A stretch of 64,000 nucleotides of DNA from Gemmatimonadales bacterium (GTDB lineage Bacteria > Gemmatimonadota > Gemmatimonadetes > Gemmatimonadales > GWC2-71-9). The stretch is taken from contig JBFGJG010000012.1 in the NCBI GenBank assembly GCA_041577295.1, positions 23,153 through 87,152 on the forward strand, read 5' to 3'. Every line of letters begins with the position of its first letter. Positions within the stretch are counted from its first letter, which is position 1. The translations under genes and the position numbers were made by a program. This document shows, piece by piece, positions 31,231-40,857 of this stretch. The notes below the pieces were generated by a model, which worked only from the letters and a program-made list of their open reading frames with translations, had not been told where the DNA came from and did no database searches.

Positions 31231-32942
31231 CGCTGGTCCAACCACGTGTACGATGGCGGGTCTCCGCGCCCGCCGATCCAGAACAAGCCCGGGGACTGGC
31301 CAGCGAGCTGCAGATTCCCACGGCTCTCGCCGCGATGCTCATACAGCGGGGCTTCGAGACCGTCCCGGTGGCCAAGCAGTTTCTCAAACCTTCCCTCGAC
31401 GACCTGTCCGACCCGTTTCTCATGCGGGGGATGGAGCATGCTGTGGGTGTCATCGCGAAGGCCGTGCGCGATGGTCGCCCCATCCTGGTACACGGCGATT
31501 ACGATGTCGACGGTCAGTGTGCGACGGCCCTGCTCACCCGCGTATTGCGGGAGGTGGGTGCCTCGGTCGTTCCGTTTATCCCCCACCGGCTCCGCGACGG
31601 CTATGACTTTGGCGCGGCGGGTCTCACCGTCGCGCGTCAACACGATGCCGGGTTGATCATCACGTGCGACTGCGGCACCACCGCGCTCGCGCCCGTGGCT
31701 GAGGCGCGCGCCGAGGGCCGGAGCGTCATTGTCACCGATCACCACCTGCCGTCGGGGCAGCTGCCGGATGCCGACGCCGTGTTGAATCCGCAGCAGCCGG
31801 ACTGTGCGTGCCCGGCGCCAGAGCTCTGCGGGGCTGGCGTTGCGTTCAAGCTTGCACAGGCCCTCGTGGCAGAGTTGAAGCTCCCGCTCAATCTCCCATA
31901 CCACCTGCTCGATCTCGTCGCGCTTGCGACCGTTGCCGATGTCGTTCCGCTCGTGCGTGAGAACCGTGTCCTGGTCCGGTATGGGCTCCGACTCCTCCCC
32001 AGCACGCGATGGCCGGGCCTACGGGCGCTGCTCGAAGTGGCGGGTTTGACGGGCCGCAGCATTCGGGCGGGGCAGGTAGGGTTTATCCTCGCACCACGGC
32101 TCAACGCCGCGGGCCGTATTGGCGAGCCGATGGACGGTCTCAACTTGCTGCTGAGCGACGATCCGGACGACGCGCTCGGTCAGGCGCAGAAGCTGGACAA
32201 GCTCAACACGCAACGGCAAGCGATGGATCAGGAGATCCTGACACAGGCGATCGAGACGGTCGAGCAAACCGTGGATCTCACGCACGATTACGGCCTGGTG
32301 CTGGCGCGGGATGCGTGGCATCCGGGCGTCATCGGCATCGTGGCATCGCGCGTGGTGGAGCGCTACGCTCGCCCAACCATCCTGGTCGCGCTCGAGGGCG
32401 AGGAAGGGCGGGGCTCCGGACGCAGCATCCCCGGGTTCGATCTCCATGGTGCCCTCACTGCCTGCGCCGCGCACTTAACCCGCTACGGGGGCCACCGCAT
32501 GGCGGCAGGGCTCTCGCTTCACCGCGACCGCATCGACGCGTTCCGCGACGCCTTCAACGAAGCTGCGCGAAGCTCTCTGTCGGAAGAGGACCTCATCCCG
32601 GTCCAACGAATAGATGTGATCGTTACTGTGGACCAACTGGATGAGCGGCTCGAGCGACTGCTGCGGTATCTCGAGCCGTGCGGACCGGGGAACCCGGGGG
32701 CGGTACTCGGTGTGGTGGGTGGTGAAGCGCGCAATCCAGGCATCGTTGGGACCAACCACGTGAAGTTCCTGCTTGCCGATGCGACCGGATCGATCGAGAG
32801 TATCGGGTTTGGCTGGGGGGAACGTCTCCCCGAAGATTGGTGGCGCGAGCGGGTGGACGTGGCCCTCAGGCTCGAGCGAGACGAATGGGGCATGCATCCG
32901 CGCTTGCAGGCCCGGATCGTCGACGTGCAACGTGGCGATTGA
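31227..32942 (+). CDS. recJ: ssDNA-specific exonuclease RecJ
   Basis: GDYDVDG, TCDCG, TDHH, PRLNAAGR, GSGRS, GGHRMAAG. Confidence 0.96.
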   Translation: MTLVQPRVRWRVSAPADPEQARGLASELQIPTALAAMLIQRGFETVPVAKQFLKPSLDDLSDPFLMRGMEHAVGVIAKAVRDGRPILVHGDYDVDGQCATALLTRVLREVGASVVPFIPHRLRDGYDFGAAGLTVARQHDAGLIITCDCGTTALAPVAEARAEGRSVIVTDHHLPSGQLPDADAVLNPQQPDCACPAPELCGAGVAFKLAQALVAELKLPLNLPYHLLDLVALATVADVVPLVRENRVLVRYGLRLLPSTRWPGLRALLEVAGLTGRSIRAGQVGFILAPRLNAAGRIGEPMDGLNLLLSDDPDDALGQAQKLDKLNTQRQAMDQEILTQAIETVEQTVDLTHDYGLVLARDAWHPGVIGIVASRVVERYARPTILVALEGEEGRGSGRSIPGFDLHGALTACAAHLTRYGGHRMAAGLSLHRDRIDAFRDAFNEAARSSLSEEDLIPVQRIDVIVTVDQLDERLERLLRYLEPCGPGNPGAVLGVVGGEARNPGIVGTNHVKFLLADATGSIESIGFGWGERLPEDWWRERVDVALRLERDEWGMHPRLQARIVDVQRGD

Positions 32943-33457
32943 TGCGGATCATCGCCGGCGAGTTCAGGGGACGGAGGCTCGCACCGCCGGCGGGTAGCCA
33001 TGCCCGACCAACGGCAGATCGCGTGCGCGAGGCTTGGTTCAGCATCATTGGGTCGGCGATCGCCGAGGCGACCGTACTGGATATCTGCGCGGGGTCGGGC
33101 GCGCTCGGCTTGGAAGCCCTTTCTCGGGGAGCGGCCCACGCCGATTTCGTGGAATCCGCCAGCGCATCACTCCGAGCGCTTCGGGCCAATATCGCCGCAT
33201 TGGGCGTCGAGGATCGGGCCACCGTCCACCGGGCGGACGCTGTCCGGTTCGTCGACACCCTGCCCGAGCATGCGTATGACATCGCGCTGGCTGATCCGCC
33301 GTACGCCTCAGACCTCGCGGCGCGGCTCGTGGAGATCTTTCACGCCCGTCCTTTTGCGCGCATGCTTGCCGTGGAGCATCGTGCAGGGATACCCATTCCC
33401 GGTGGTGAGACCCGCCGGTACGGAGACGTTGCCCTGACCTTCTGTCACGCACCATGA
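32942..33457 (+). CDS. rsmD: 16S rRNA m2G966 methyltransferase RsmD
   Basis: MRIIAG..RPTADRVREA, AGSGALGLEALSRGA, DPPY. Upstream of coaD. Confidence 0.92.
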   Translation: MRIIAGEFRGRRLAPPAGSHARPTADRVREAWFSIIGSAIAEATVLDICAGSGALGLEALSRGAAHADFVESASASLRALRANIAALGVEDRATVHRADAVRFVDTLPEHAYDIALADPPYASDLAARLVEIFHARPFARMLAVEHRAGIPIPGGETRRYGDVALTFCHAP

Positions 33458-33936
33458 CCCGAATTGCCATCTACCCTGGCTCATTCGACCCGGTTACCCG
33501 AGGTCACGAAGATCTCATCCGTCGAGCGCTGCACTTCGCCGATCGGGTCATCGTGGCGGTCGCAGTGAACCCCGGAAAGCAACCGCTGTTCTCCCTCGAC
33601 GAGCGCGTCGAGCTGCTGCGCGTCGTGCTAGAGGGCGAGCGCCACGTGGACGTTCGCTCCTTCGATGGGTTGTTAGCGAACTTCGCGCGTGCCAATGGTG
33701 CGAAGATCATCATCCGTGGTTTGCGGGCCGTTTCCGACTTCGACTACGAATCCCAGATGGCTCTGATGAACCGAAAGCTCTTCCCAGAGCTGGAGACCGT
33801 CTTTCTAGTGCCGGCTGTTCACCTGACGTATCTCAGCTCGAGCATCGTCCGAGAAGTGGCCCACCTCGGTGGCGACGTTAGCGCGTTCGTACACCCCGCC
33901 GTCGTTAGCGCGCTGGCAGAGAAGTTTGCCCGGTGA
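33454..33936 (+). CDS. coaD: Phosphopantetheine adenylyltransferase
   Basis: YPGSFDPVTRGH, RGLRAVSDFDYE, LSSSIVRE. Confidence 0.97.
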   Translation: MTRIAIYPGSFDPVTRGHEDLIRRALHFADRVIVAVAVNPGKQPLFSLDERVELLRVVLEGERHVDVRSFDGLLANFARANGAKIIIRGLRAVSDFDYESQMALMNRKLFPELETVFLVPAVHLTYLSSSIVREVAHLGGDVSAFVHPAVVSALAEKFAR

Positions 33937-34916
33937 CGTTTCGGGAGCAGCTCCACCGGCGAGCCGCCGCATTCGGCGGTCGGGTGGTGCTCGCCGAGGG
34001 CTGGGATCAGCGGGTGCAAGAGGCCGCACGGGTCATCGAACACGAGGGCATCGCGGCCGTGCAAACGCTGCCAGCGACGATCACCGCTGGTGAGCATTTG
34101 GACCAGGTCGCAGAGCTGTTGGCGGCGCGCAAGCCGGAGAAAGTGCGCGATTTGGCCCACGCGCGCGCCCTCGCCGCCGATCCGCTCCGGTTTGCCGCGG
34201 GACTGGTGGCCCTCGGCGTCGTGGATGCCGCGGTGGCGGGTGCGACCCGTCCGACGGCCGATGTGCTCCGCGCCGCCCTGTGGGCGATCGGACCTGCAGA
34301 CGGGATTACCACCGTGAGCAGCGCCTTTTACATGGCGTTCGACCACTCTCCGATTCCCAACTCCCGTGGAAGCCAGGGGGGTGGGTCGGTGCTCACCTTC
34401 ACCGACTGTGCTGTCGTGCCGGATCCCGACCCCCAGCAACTGGCCGAGATCGCCTGGGCGGCTGCTCGAGACCGGCGGCTCATTGTGGGGGACGAGGCCG
34501 TGGTCGCGTTTCTCTCCTACAGTACCCACGGAAGTGCCGGCGGACCCCGCGTCGAGAAGGTCCGTCAGGGGGTCGAGCGGTTCCGGGAGTTGGCCCCGGG
34601 CGTGCCGTCCGACGGCGAGCTCCAGGGTGATGCTGCTTTGGTGCCGGAGATCGCCCTCCGGAAGGCCGCGGGCTCGCCGGCGGCTGGGAAGGCGAATGTT
34701 CTTGTGTTTCCTGACCTTGACAGCGGGAACATTGCGTACAAACTGGTGCAGCGTTTGGCTGGTGCGAGCGCTACCGGGCCAATCGTACAGGGCCTCGCGC
34801 AGCCGATGGCGGATCTCTCGAGGGGCGCTACGGCTGCCGACGTCGTGGACGTGGCAGCGGCGGCCCTCTTACAAGCCGCCGGCCGTGTTCTGGGTTCCCC
34901 CGCGGAGGATGTATGA
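33933..34916 (+). CDS. pta: Phosphate acetyl/butyryltransferase (short class)
   Basis: DCAVVPDP, LSYSTHGS, DGELQGDAA, FPDLDSGNIAYKLVQR, DLSRG. Confidence 0.88.
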   Translation: MTFREQLHRRAAAFGGRVVLAEGWDQRVQEAARVIEHEGIAAVQTLPATITAGEHLDQVAELLAARKPEKVRDLAHARALAADPLRFAAGLVALGVVDAAVAGATRPTADVLRAALWAIGPADGITTVSSAFYMAFDHSPIPNSRGSQGGGSVLTFTDCAVVPDPDPQQLAEIAWAAARDRRLIVGDEAVVAFLSYSTHGSAGGPRVEKVRQGVERFRELAPGVPSDGELQGDAALVPEIALRKAAGSPAAGKANVLVFPDLDSGNIAYKLVQRLAGASATGPIVQGLAQPMADLSRGATAADVVDVAAAALLQAAGRVLGSPAEDV

Positions 34917-35260
34917 GTTTCAGCGTACGGAAGGATGACGGGAGCGGCGTAGTCGTTGTCAATATCGATGGTCAGCTAATCGTCGGTAACCGTCATGAGC
35001 TCAAACAGAAGATCCTGGATGCCCTGCAGTCGGGCGAGAAACGATTCGTCATCGACTTCACACGCACCGGGTACATCGATTCATCCGGCCTGGGGGTTTT
35101 GGTCTCCCTCTCCAAGAAGATTCGGGAAGTTGGGGGTGATCTGCGCCTGGCCGGTCTCAACGAGGACCTCCACACACTCTTCGAGTTGACGAAGCTCGAT
35201 ACGCTCTTCGCGATCGTCGACTCGACGGAAGACGCACTCGCCGCCTTTCAGCAGCGGTGA
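34913..35260 (+). CDS. STAS-domain anti-sigma factor antagonist (RsbV-like)
   Basis: YIDSSGLGVL with the phospho-acceptor Ser; LFELTKLD. Confidence 0.92.
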   Translation: MSFSVRKDDGSGVVVVNIDGQLIVGNRHELKQKILDALQSGEKRFVIDFTRTGYIDSSGLGVLVSLSKKIREVGGDLRLAGLNEDLHTLFELTKLDTLFAIVDSTEDALAAFQQR

Positions 35261-35727
35261 CCGCACCTCTTCGCCTGTGTGTCCGGAGGTCGGCCAGCCA
35301 CGGCGCAGACGGTTCGAAACCGCCAGGAGCGTTTGCAATCCGCGTTCCGACGACGCTCGACGTCATCGAAGAGGCGGTCGACCTGGTCGCACGTCACTGC
35401 CTCGCACGGGGGCTCACTCCACGACAAGTGCGATTCCACTTGCGGGTGGCGCTGTCGGAGGCGTTGACCAACGCCATCGTTTATGGCAACGCCATGGATC
35501 CGGCAAAAGAAGTCGATGTCCGCGTTGAGGTGCGCGAGTCGGCTTTTGCGATTCACGTGAGTGACGAAGGCGGCGGGTTCGATCCGTCGAATATTCCCGA
35601 CCCCACCGATCCTGATCGCATCGAGCGGGTCGATGGGCGCGGGCTCTTCCTCATCCGCCAACTGGCAGACGAAGTTCACTTCAACGAGCGGGGAAACGCG
35701 ATCTGCATGATCATGCGTTGCGCCTAG
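35257..35727 (+). CDS. Anti-sigma factor / Ser kinase (RsbW-like)
   Basis: EALTNAIVYGN, DEGGGF, GRGLFLI. Confidence 0.9.
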   Translation: MTAPLRLCVRRSASHGADGSKPPGAFAIRVPTTLDVIEEAVDLVARHCLARGLTPRQVRFHLRVALSEALTNAIVYGNAMDPAKEVDVRVEVRESAFAIHVSDEGGGFDPSNIPDPTDPDRIERVDGRGLFLIRQLADEVHFNERGNAICMIMRCA

Positions 35728-37304
35728 AGCGGCTCGACGCAATCCTCCAATCTCTCGGTTCACTCGTCGGGTGTCGTCTACGGCTCTGGCGGCTCGGCCG
35801 GGGTCGTCTCCGGCCCGTCGTTGGCTGTGACGGGGTCCCGCCGCCGCCGGTGGATGCGGTTCCCGATGGGCCGGTGCATCCGACGGATCCCAGCCGGTGG
35901 GTTGCTGCCATCCCGGGCGATGGGGGGTATTGGTTCGAGATCGTCGATCCGACGGGCGATCCCTCGGACGCAGGAGCCGTGTTGGGTCCACTGCTCGCGG
36001 ACCTGGTGAAGGCCGAAGAGGACACGCTCCGTCTTGCCAAGCAACTCACCGCGCGCTACGAGGAAATCGAACTGCTCTACACGATCAGCGAGATCCTCGG
36101 TCGGACCATTGACCTCGAAGAGGCGGCCCAGACCATCCTCGAGGCGGTCAGTAGTGTGGTGGGGGCGACACGAGCCTCGATTCTCGTCCACGACCACCGC
36201 TCTCGCGTGCTTCGCCCGGTGGCCGAGCTGGGGCGCGACATCAAAGAGTTTGGGCCGCTTCCCGTCGACGATCCACATTCGATCGCGGCCCAAGTGTTTC
36301 GCGAAGCCCGCGTGATCAGTTACGACCCGCGTGACCCAACGGCATCGGCGCCAGATGCCGGGACGGAAAGGGCGTATCGGGGATCGGCGTTTCTCTCGGT
36401 ACCCATCATATATCCGCAACCCGAGGGAGAACCCCGCCCCATCGGTGTCATCAACCTCACCGATCGCGTCGGCACCGACGCCTTCAGCGGAGGAGAACGC
36501 CGTCTCGTCGTCGCCATCGCGAGTCAGATCGGGGCAGCAATCGAAAATGCCCGACTTATCGACCGTGACCTCGCTCGACAGCGCTTTCAGCAGGAGCTCG
36601 AGTTTGCGCATGACCTTCAGATGAAGTTGCTCCCAGCGCCGGGGCTCCTTGGACCGAGCGTGGATGCCGCCGCGGCATGTCGTCCGGCTGAGACGGTGGG
36701 CGGTGATTTCTACACGTTCGTTCCGTTGGGTGGGCGGCACGTCGGCGTCATGCTGGGAGACGTTTCCTCGCACGGCTTTGGCGCTGCCCTGGTCATGGCG
36801 CTGGCGCTCTCGGCGGCGGCCATTCACAGCGCCGAGGGCGCGTCACCCGATGAGACGCTCCGGCGCCTTCTCCGATCGCTCGCCGACGACTTGGCCGAAA
36901 CCGAAATGCATCTTTCACTCTTCTATGCCGTGGTGATGCCGGAGCGAGGTGTGCTGCATTACGCCAACGCTGGGCACCCCCACGCGTTCCGTGTCACCGC
37001 CGAGGGGGCCGTGCATCGCCTGGCCGCGACCTCGCCGCCACTTGGGCTGGCGGGCGAGGAGACGATCACTGCTTCTGAGTCCCGGTGGATCGCCGGGAGC
37101 GATCTCCTCGTCCTTCTCTCGGATGGAATCATCGATGCACAGGACGCGGGTGACGAACGTTTCGGTGAGCGTCGAGCCCTCGACATCGTCATCGCCCGGC
37201 GGATGGAGGGCAGCCAGGCCGTTGTCGATGCCGTTCTCACGGCGGCGTCTGAGTACCAAGCAGGCCGGGGCGACGACCGGACGATTCTGGTGCTGCGGAC
37301 CTGA
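35718..37304 (+). CDS. GAF + SpoIIE/PP2C phosphatase (RsbU-like)
   Basis: GAF domain, VGGDFY, GDVSSHG, NAGHP, SDGI, DDRT. The exact start is uncertain. Confidence 0.9.
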   Translation: MRLERLDAILQSLGSLVGCRLRLWRLGRGRLRPVVGCDGVPPPPVDAVPDGPVHPTDPSRWVAAIPGDGGYWFEIVDPTGDPSDAGAVLGPLLADLVKAEEDTLRLAKQLTARYEEIELLYTISEILGRTIDLEEAAQTILEAVSSVVGATRASILVHDHRSRVLRPVAELGRDIKEFGPLPVDDPHSIAAQVFREARVISYDPRDPTASAPDAGTERAYRGSAFLSVPIIYPQPEGEPRPIGVINLTDRVGTDAFSGGERRLVVAIASQIGAAIENARLIDRDLARQRFQQELEFAHDLQMKLLPAPGLLGPSVDAAAACRPAETVGGDFYTFVPLGGRHVGVMLGDVSSHGFGAALVMALALSAAAIHSAEGASPDETLRRLLRSLADDLAETEMHLSLFYAVVMPERGVLHYANAGHPHAFRVTAEGAVHRLAATSPPLGLAGEETITASESRWIAGSDLLVLLSDGIIDAQDAGDERFGERRALDIVIARRMEGSQAVVDAVLTAASEYQAGRGDDRTILVLRT

Positions 37305-38096
37305 GTGCCACGACGGCTCGGTCAGCACTTTCTTTCGGATCCCCGCATCCTCGATCGCATGGTGGATGCGCTGGACCCCACTTCAGCAGATCGTGTGATC
37401 GAAATCGGGCCCGGGAAGGGGAGCCTGACGCGGCGGTTGGCCGTGCGCGTGGCCGTCGTTGTGGCCATTGAGAAAGACGAGAGGCTCGCCGCAGCGCTGA
37501 CGTCCACCGAGATGCCCGGCAACGTGCGGATCGTCACCGGTGACGCGCTTCGTCTCGACTGGGCGAGCCTGGTGAGCAGCGGGAACACGTCATTGCGGCC
37601 GTTCAAGGTGATCGGCAACATCCCGTACTACGCGACGTCGCCACTGATCGAGAAGGCACTCACGCCACCCCTGCCAACGGTCATCGTTTTCCTCATCCAG
37701 CGGGAGGTCGCGGATCGGCTCGTCGCGCAGCCTGGGTCAAGAGCGTTTGGTGCGCTCACCGTAGGTGTCCGTGTGCTGGCCGATGTCGAACCTGTCTTCC
37801 GCGTCCCGGCTGGGGCGTTTCGGCCACGCCCCCAGGTCGACTCGGCGGGTGTCCGCTTCCGCCCCCTGCCGCAACCGCTGGTCGACCCCATGGACCACCG
37901 TGCGTTTCGGACCTTCGTAAACGCGCTGTTCAGTCGGCGACGCAAGCAGCTGATCGGGAGCCTTCAGGCCGTCGCGACAAAAAGCCGAGACGAAGTCTCC
38001 CACCTTCTGGCAACCCTCGATGTGGATCCAACCGCCCGCGCCGAAATGCTCAGCCCACAGACATTTGTGCGTTTGTTTCACTCGTTTGCTCGTTGA
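37305..38096 (+). CDS. rsmA: 16S rRNA dimethyladenosine transferase RsmA/KsgA
   Basis: LGQHFL, EIGPGKG, GNIPY, FRPRPQVDS, RRKQL. Confidence 0.95.
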   Translation: MPRRLGQHFLSDPRILDRMVDALDPTSADRVIEIGPGKGSLTRRLAVRVAVVVAIEKDERLAAALTSTEMPGNVRIVTGDALRLDWASLVSSGNTSLRPFKVIGNIPYYATSPLIEKALTPPLPTVIVFLIQREVADRLVAQPGSRAFGALTVGVRVLADVEPVFRVPAGAFRPRPQVDSAGVRFRPLPQPLVDPMDHRAFRTFVNALFSRRRKQLIGSLQAVATKSRDEVSHLLATLDVDPTARAEMLSPQTFVRLFHSFAR

Positions 38097-38122
38097 CGCG
38101 ACGCAACGGGGTCGTGTAAATT
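38093..38122 (+). promoter_or_regulatory. Putative sigma-70 promoter of rex
   Basis: TTGACG-18 nt-TAAATT; the -10 abuts and overlaps the Rex operator. Confidence 0.6.
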
Positions 38123-38138
38123 GTGAAAAAATTCACAA
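38121..38138. promoter_or_regulatory. Rex operator (ROP)
   Basis: Perfect palindrome TTGTGAA-AAAA-TTCACAA matching the Rex consensus, 6 nt upstream of the rex ATG. Confidence 0.93.
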
Positions 38139-38144
38139 TATCGA

Positions 38145-38765
38145 ATGCCAAAGATCGCGGAGTCCACCGTTCGGAGACTGTCCCTGTATCTCCGTTTCCT
38201 CGAGGAGTTTGAGGAACAGGGGATCCAGACGGTCAGCTCCGAGGCCCTCGCGGCCCGTGGTGGAACCACATCGGCACAGGTGCGCAAGGACTTGTCGTTC
38301 TTTGGCTCCTTCGGCAAACGCGGTCTGGGCTACTCGGTGCCCGAGCTCGTCACCCGGCTCCGCGACATCCTCGGGCTCAGGCGGACGTATCGTGTCGCGG
38401 TGATTGGCGCTGGCAAGATGGGGAGCGCGCTCGCCCAGTACCGTGGCTTCACGCAGCGGGGGTTTCACATCGCGGCCGTCTACGATTCGGATCCCACCAA
38501 GACGGGGAAGGTCTGGAACGGTTTGCGCATCCGTCACGCGAAGGATCTAGAACGCGATCTGAGCAAAGAGCAGGTTGACATTGCGATCATCGTGACCCCC
38601 GCCGAGAGCGCGCAGGGCATGGCCGAACGGCTGGTGCGAGTAGGGGTTCGGGCCATCCTGAATTTCGCGCCGGTGCGGTTAGACGTCCCCGACTCCGTCA
38701 CCGTCAAGAATGTGAATATGGCTCTCGAGCTTGAGGCATTGAGTTTCGCACTGCGAAATCAATAG
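38145..38765 (+). CDS. rex: Redox-sensing transcriptional repressor Rex
   Basis: STVRRLSLY, QVRKDLSFFGSFGKRGLGY, GAGKMG, ILNFAP. Confidence 0.97.
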   Translation: MPKIAESTVRRLSLYLRFLEEFEEQGIQTVSSEALAARGGTTSAQVRKDLSFFGSFGKRGLGYSVPELVTRLRDILGLRRTYRVAVIGAGKMGSALAQYRGFTQRGFHIAAVYDSDPTKTGKVWNGLRIRHAKDLERDLSKEQVDIAIIVTPAESAQGMAERLVRVGVRAILNFAPVRLDVPDSVTVKNVNMALELEALSFALRNQ

Positions 38766-38773
38766 ATTCGTCC

Positions 38774-40006
38774 ATGCCTCCCGTTCAGGTGACCTCGGAG
38801 ATCGGCCCCTTGCGGGCCGTCTTGGTACATACGCCTGGCAAAGAACTCATCGCCGTCACTCCCGGAACCCGTAAAGACTACCTCTACTCCGACATCGTCG
38901 ATGTCGAGTTCGCCCAGCGCGAACATCGCAGGCTGTACGCGGTGCTCGAGCGGTTTGCGGAGACGCTGGAGTTCACGACGCTGTTGCGTGATGTCCTAGA
39001 GCGACCCGAAGTTCGGGATTTTCTGATCGCACGAACCACGGACATCATCCCATCTCAGGATCTCGCGCGTCGCCTCGCGGAGATGCCCTCTGCGGAGTTG
39101 GTGCGCCGGCTCGTTGAGGGGGCGGAGGAAGATCCGGGTCCGATCGCGGCGGCGCTGAATGAGGACGGTTTCACCCTCCCACCCGTGCCGAATCTCTTCT
39201 TTACGCGGGATCTGGGGATCGTGCTAGGTGACTACGTGGTCATCGGCTCAATGCGTCACGGCTCCCGGTGGAGCGAAGAGCTGCTGGTCAAGATGCTCTT
39301 CTGCTTCCATCCAAAGTTGGAGAATGCCGGCATTCTGTACGACGGTTCTGAGGAGCGACGATTGACCTACAGCCTCGAAGGAGGTGATGTGCACCCCCTC
39401 CGGGACGATCTGCTGCTCATGGGTTTCAGTGCCCGCTCCAGTCCTGCCGCGCTAGATCTCCTATGTGACATCGTCTTCGAACGCACAGCGATCACCGATG
39501 TGCTCGTCGTCGTCTTGCCCGGGGTCCGCTCGGCCATTCACCTCGACATGATCTTCACCCAGGTCGACGAGGAGCAGTGCGTCGTCTATCCACCGTGTTT
39601 CATCGGCCCGCAGCGGCTCGCGGTGCTTCACCGACGCAAGGGAAGCAAGACCGTTGAAGTCGTGTCCAATCTGTTCAGCGCGCTCCAGGCGTTGAACTTC
39701 TCACTCAACCCCATCTTCTGTGGCGGGCGGCGCCGCGCTGTGCAGGACCGCGAGCAGTGGGCGTCGGGTTGCAACATGCTCGCGGTCAGGCCCGGGCTCG
39801 CACTCGCGTACAAGCGCAACGACGCGACGCTCAAGGAGCTCGAGAAAGCGGGCTTTGTCGTGGTCGACGCCGTCGACTTTCTCACGGGGGACGCCTCGAT
39901 CGACGCCGACCAGCGCGCGGTCATTACGATCGAGGGTAGCGAGTTGGTCCGGGGTGGTGGAGGGCCGCGTTGCATGACGCTTCCGCTACAGAGGGAGGCG
40001 CTGTGA
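38774..40006 (+). CDS. arcA: Arginine deiminase
   Basis: SEIGPLRAVLVHTPG, NLFFTRD, EGGD, HLD, catalytic GGGPRCMT. Confidence 0.9.
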   Translation: MPPVQVTSEIGPLRAVLVHTPGKELIAVTPGTRKDYLYSDIVDVEFAQREHRRLYAVLERFAETLEFTTLLRDVLERPEVRDFLIARTTDIIPSQDLARRLAEMPSAELVRRLVEGAEEDPGPIAAALNEDGFTLPPVPNLFFTRDLGIVLGDYVVIGSMRHGSRWSEELLVKMLFCFHPKLENAGILYDGSEERRLTYSLEGGDVHPLRDDLLLMGFSARSSPAALDLLCDIVFERTAITDVLVVVLPGVRSAIHLDMIFTQVDEEQCVVYPPCFIGPQRLAVLHRRKGSKTVEVVSNLFSALQALNFSLNPIFCGGRRRAVQDREQWASGCNMLAVRPGLALAYKRNDATLKELEKAGFVVVDAVDFLTGDASIDADQRAVITIEGSELVRGGGGPRCMTLPLQREAL

Positions 40007-40857
40007 ATTTCGCCGGGATTCGTACGCTCAGCGAGGGCACGTTGGTCGATCGGGCACTCGAGCTGCTAGGAAGCGGTCCCACCGATTCCAAGACCATCGC
40101 CCGCGACGTGCTTGGTCTCAACAGGTTTCAGGCGAGCGTCGCTGAACGCCTGGCGGTAGCGTTGCTGGGTGCCGATCCCCGCGTTGGACGGATGGGCGAT
40201 GGGCGGTGGGTGCTCGTGAGTGAAGCGTACGCGTCGCCGCGCCTCTCGGATTGCACCTTCGCGGTCGTCGACGTCGAAACGACCGGGAGCAGGCCTTCCG
40301 GTGACCGTGTCGTCGAGATCGCGGTCGTCACGGTGTCCGGTGAGCGGATCACGCGCGTGCTCGACGCCCTCGTGAACCCACAACGGCCGATCCCCCTGCG
40401 GGTGACCTCGCTCACCAGGATCACTCGGGAGATGGTGCGGGACAAACCGCCGTTCTCGGCGATCGCCTCCGACGTGGTCAGCGCGCTCGCCGGACGCGTT
40501 TTTGTTGCGCACAACCTGCGGTTCGACTGGCGCTTCGTCGTCAACGAGATCACCCGTGCGCGTGACGTGATGCTCGATGGGCCCCGTTTGTGCACAGTCA
40601 GCTTGGCGAGGCGGTTGGTGCCGGGACTTCGTTCCCGCAGCCTCGACAGTTTGGCCTCGTACTTTGGCATTCAGATCGTTGCGCGGCACCGTGCCGGGGG
40701 CGATGCCTTGGCCACCGCGCACGTCCTGAAACACCTCATTGCCATCGCGCAGGATCGGGGGGCGATGCGTCTCATCGACCTGCATCGGCTTGGCCGTCCC
40801 GCCGGACGCCGCCGGCGCAAACGCACCGCGCTGCCCACGGCCATCCAAGAGATATGA
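40003..40857 (+). CDS. DEDDh 3'-5' exonuclease (DnaQ/PolC-like) with N-terminal extension
   Basis: VDVETTG, AHNLRFD, HRAGGDA. GTG start overlaps the arcA stop. Confidence 0.88.
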   Translation: MNFAGIRTLSEGTLVDRALELLGSGPTDSKTIARDVLGLNRFQASVAERLAVALLGADPRVGRMGDGRWVLVSEAYASPRLSDCTFAVVDVETTGSRPSGDRVVEIAVVTVSGERITRVLDALVNPQRPIPLRVTSLTRITREMVRDKPPFSAIASDVVSALAGRVFVAHNLRFDWRFVVNEITRARDVMLDGPRLCTVSLARRLVPGLRSRSLDSLASYFGIQIVARHRAGGDALATAHVLKHLIAIAQDRGAMRLIDLHRLGRPAGRRRRKRTALPTAIQEI

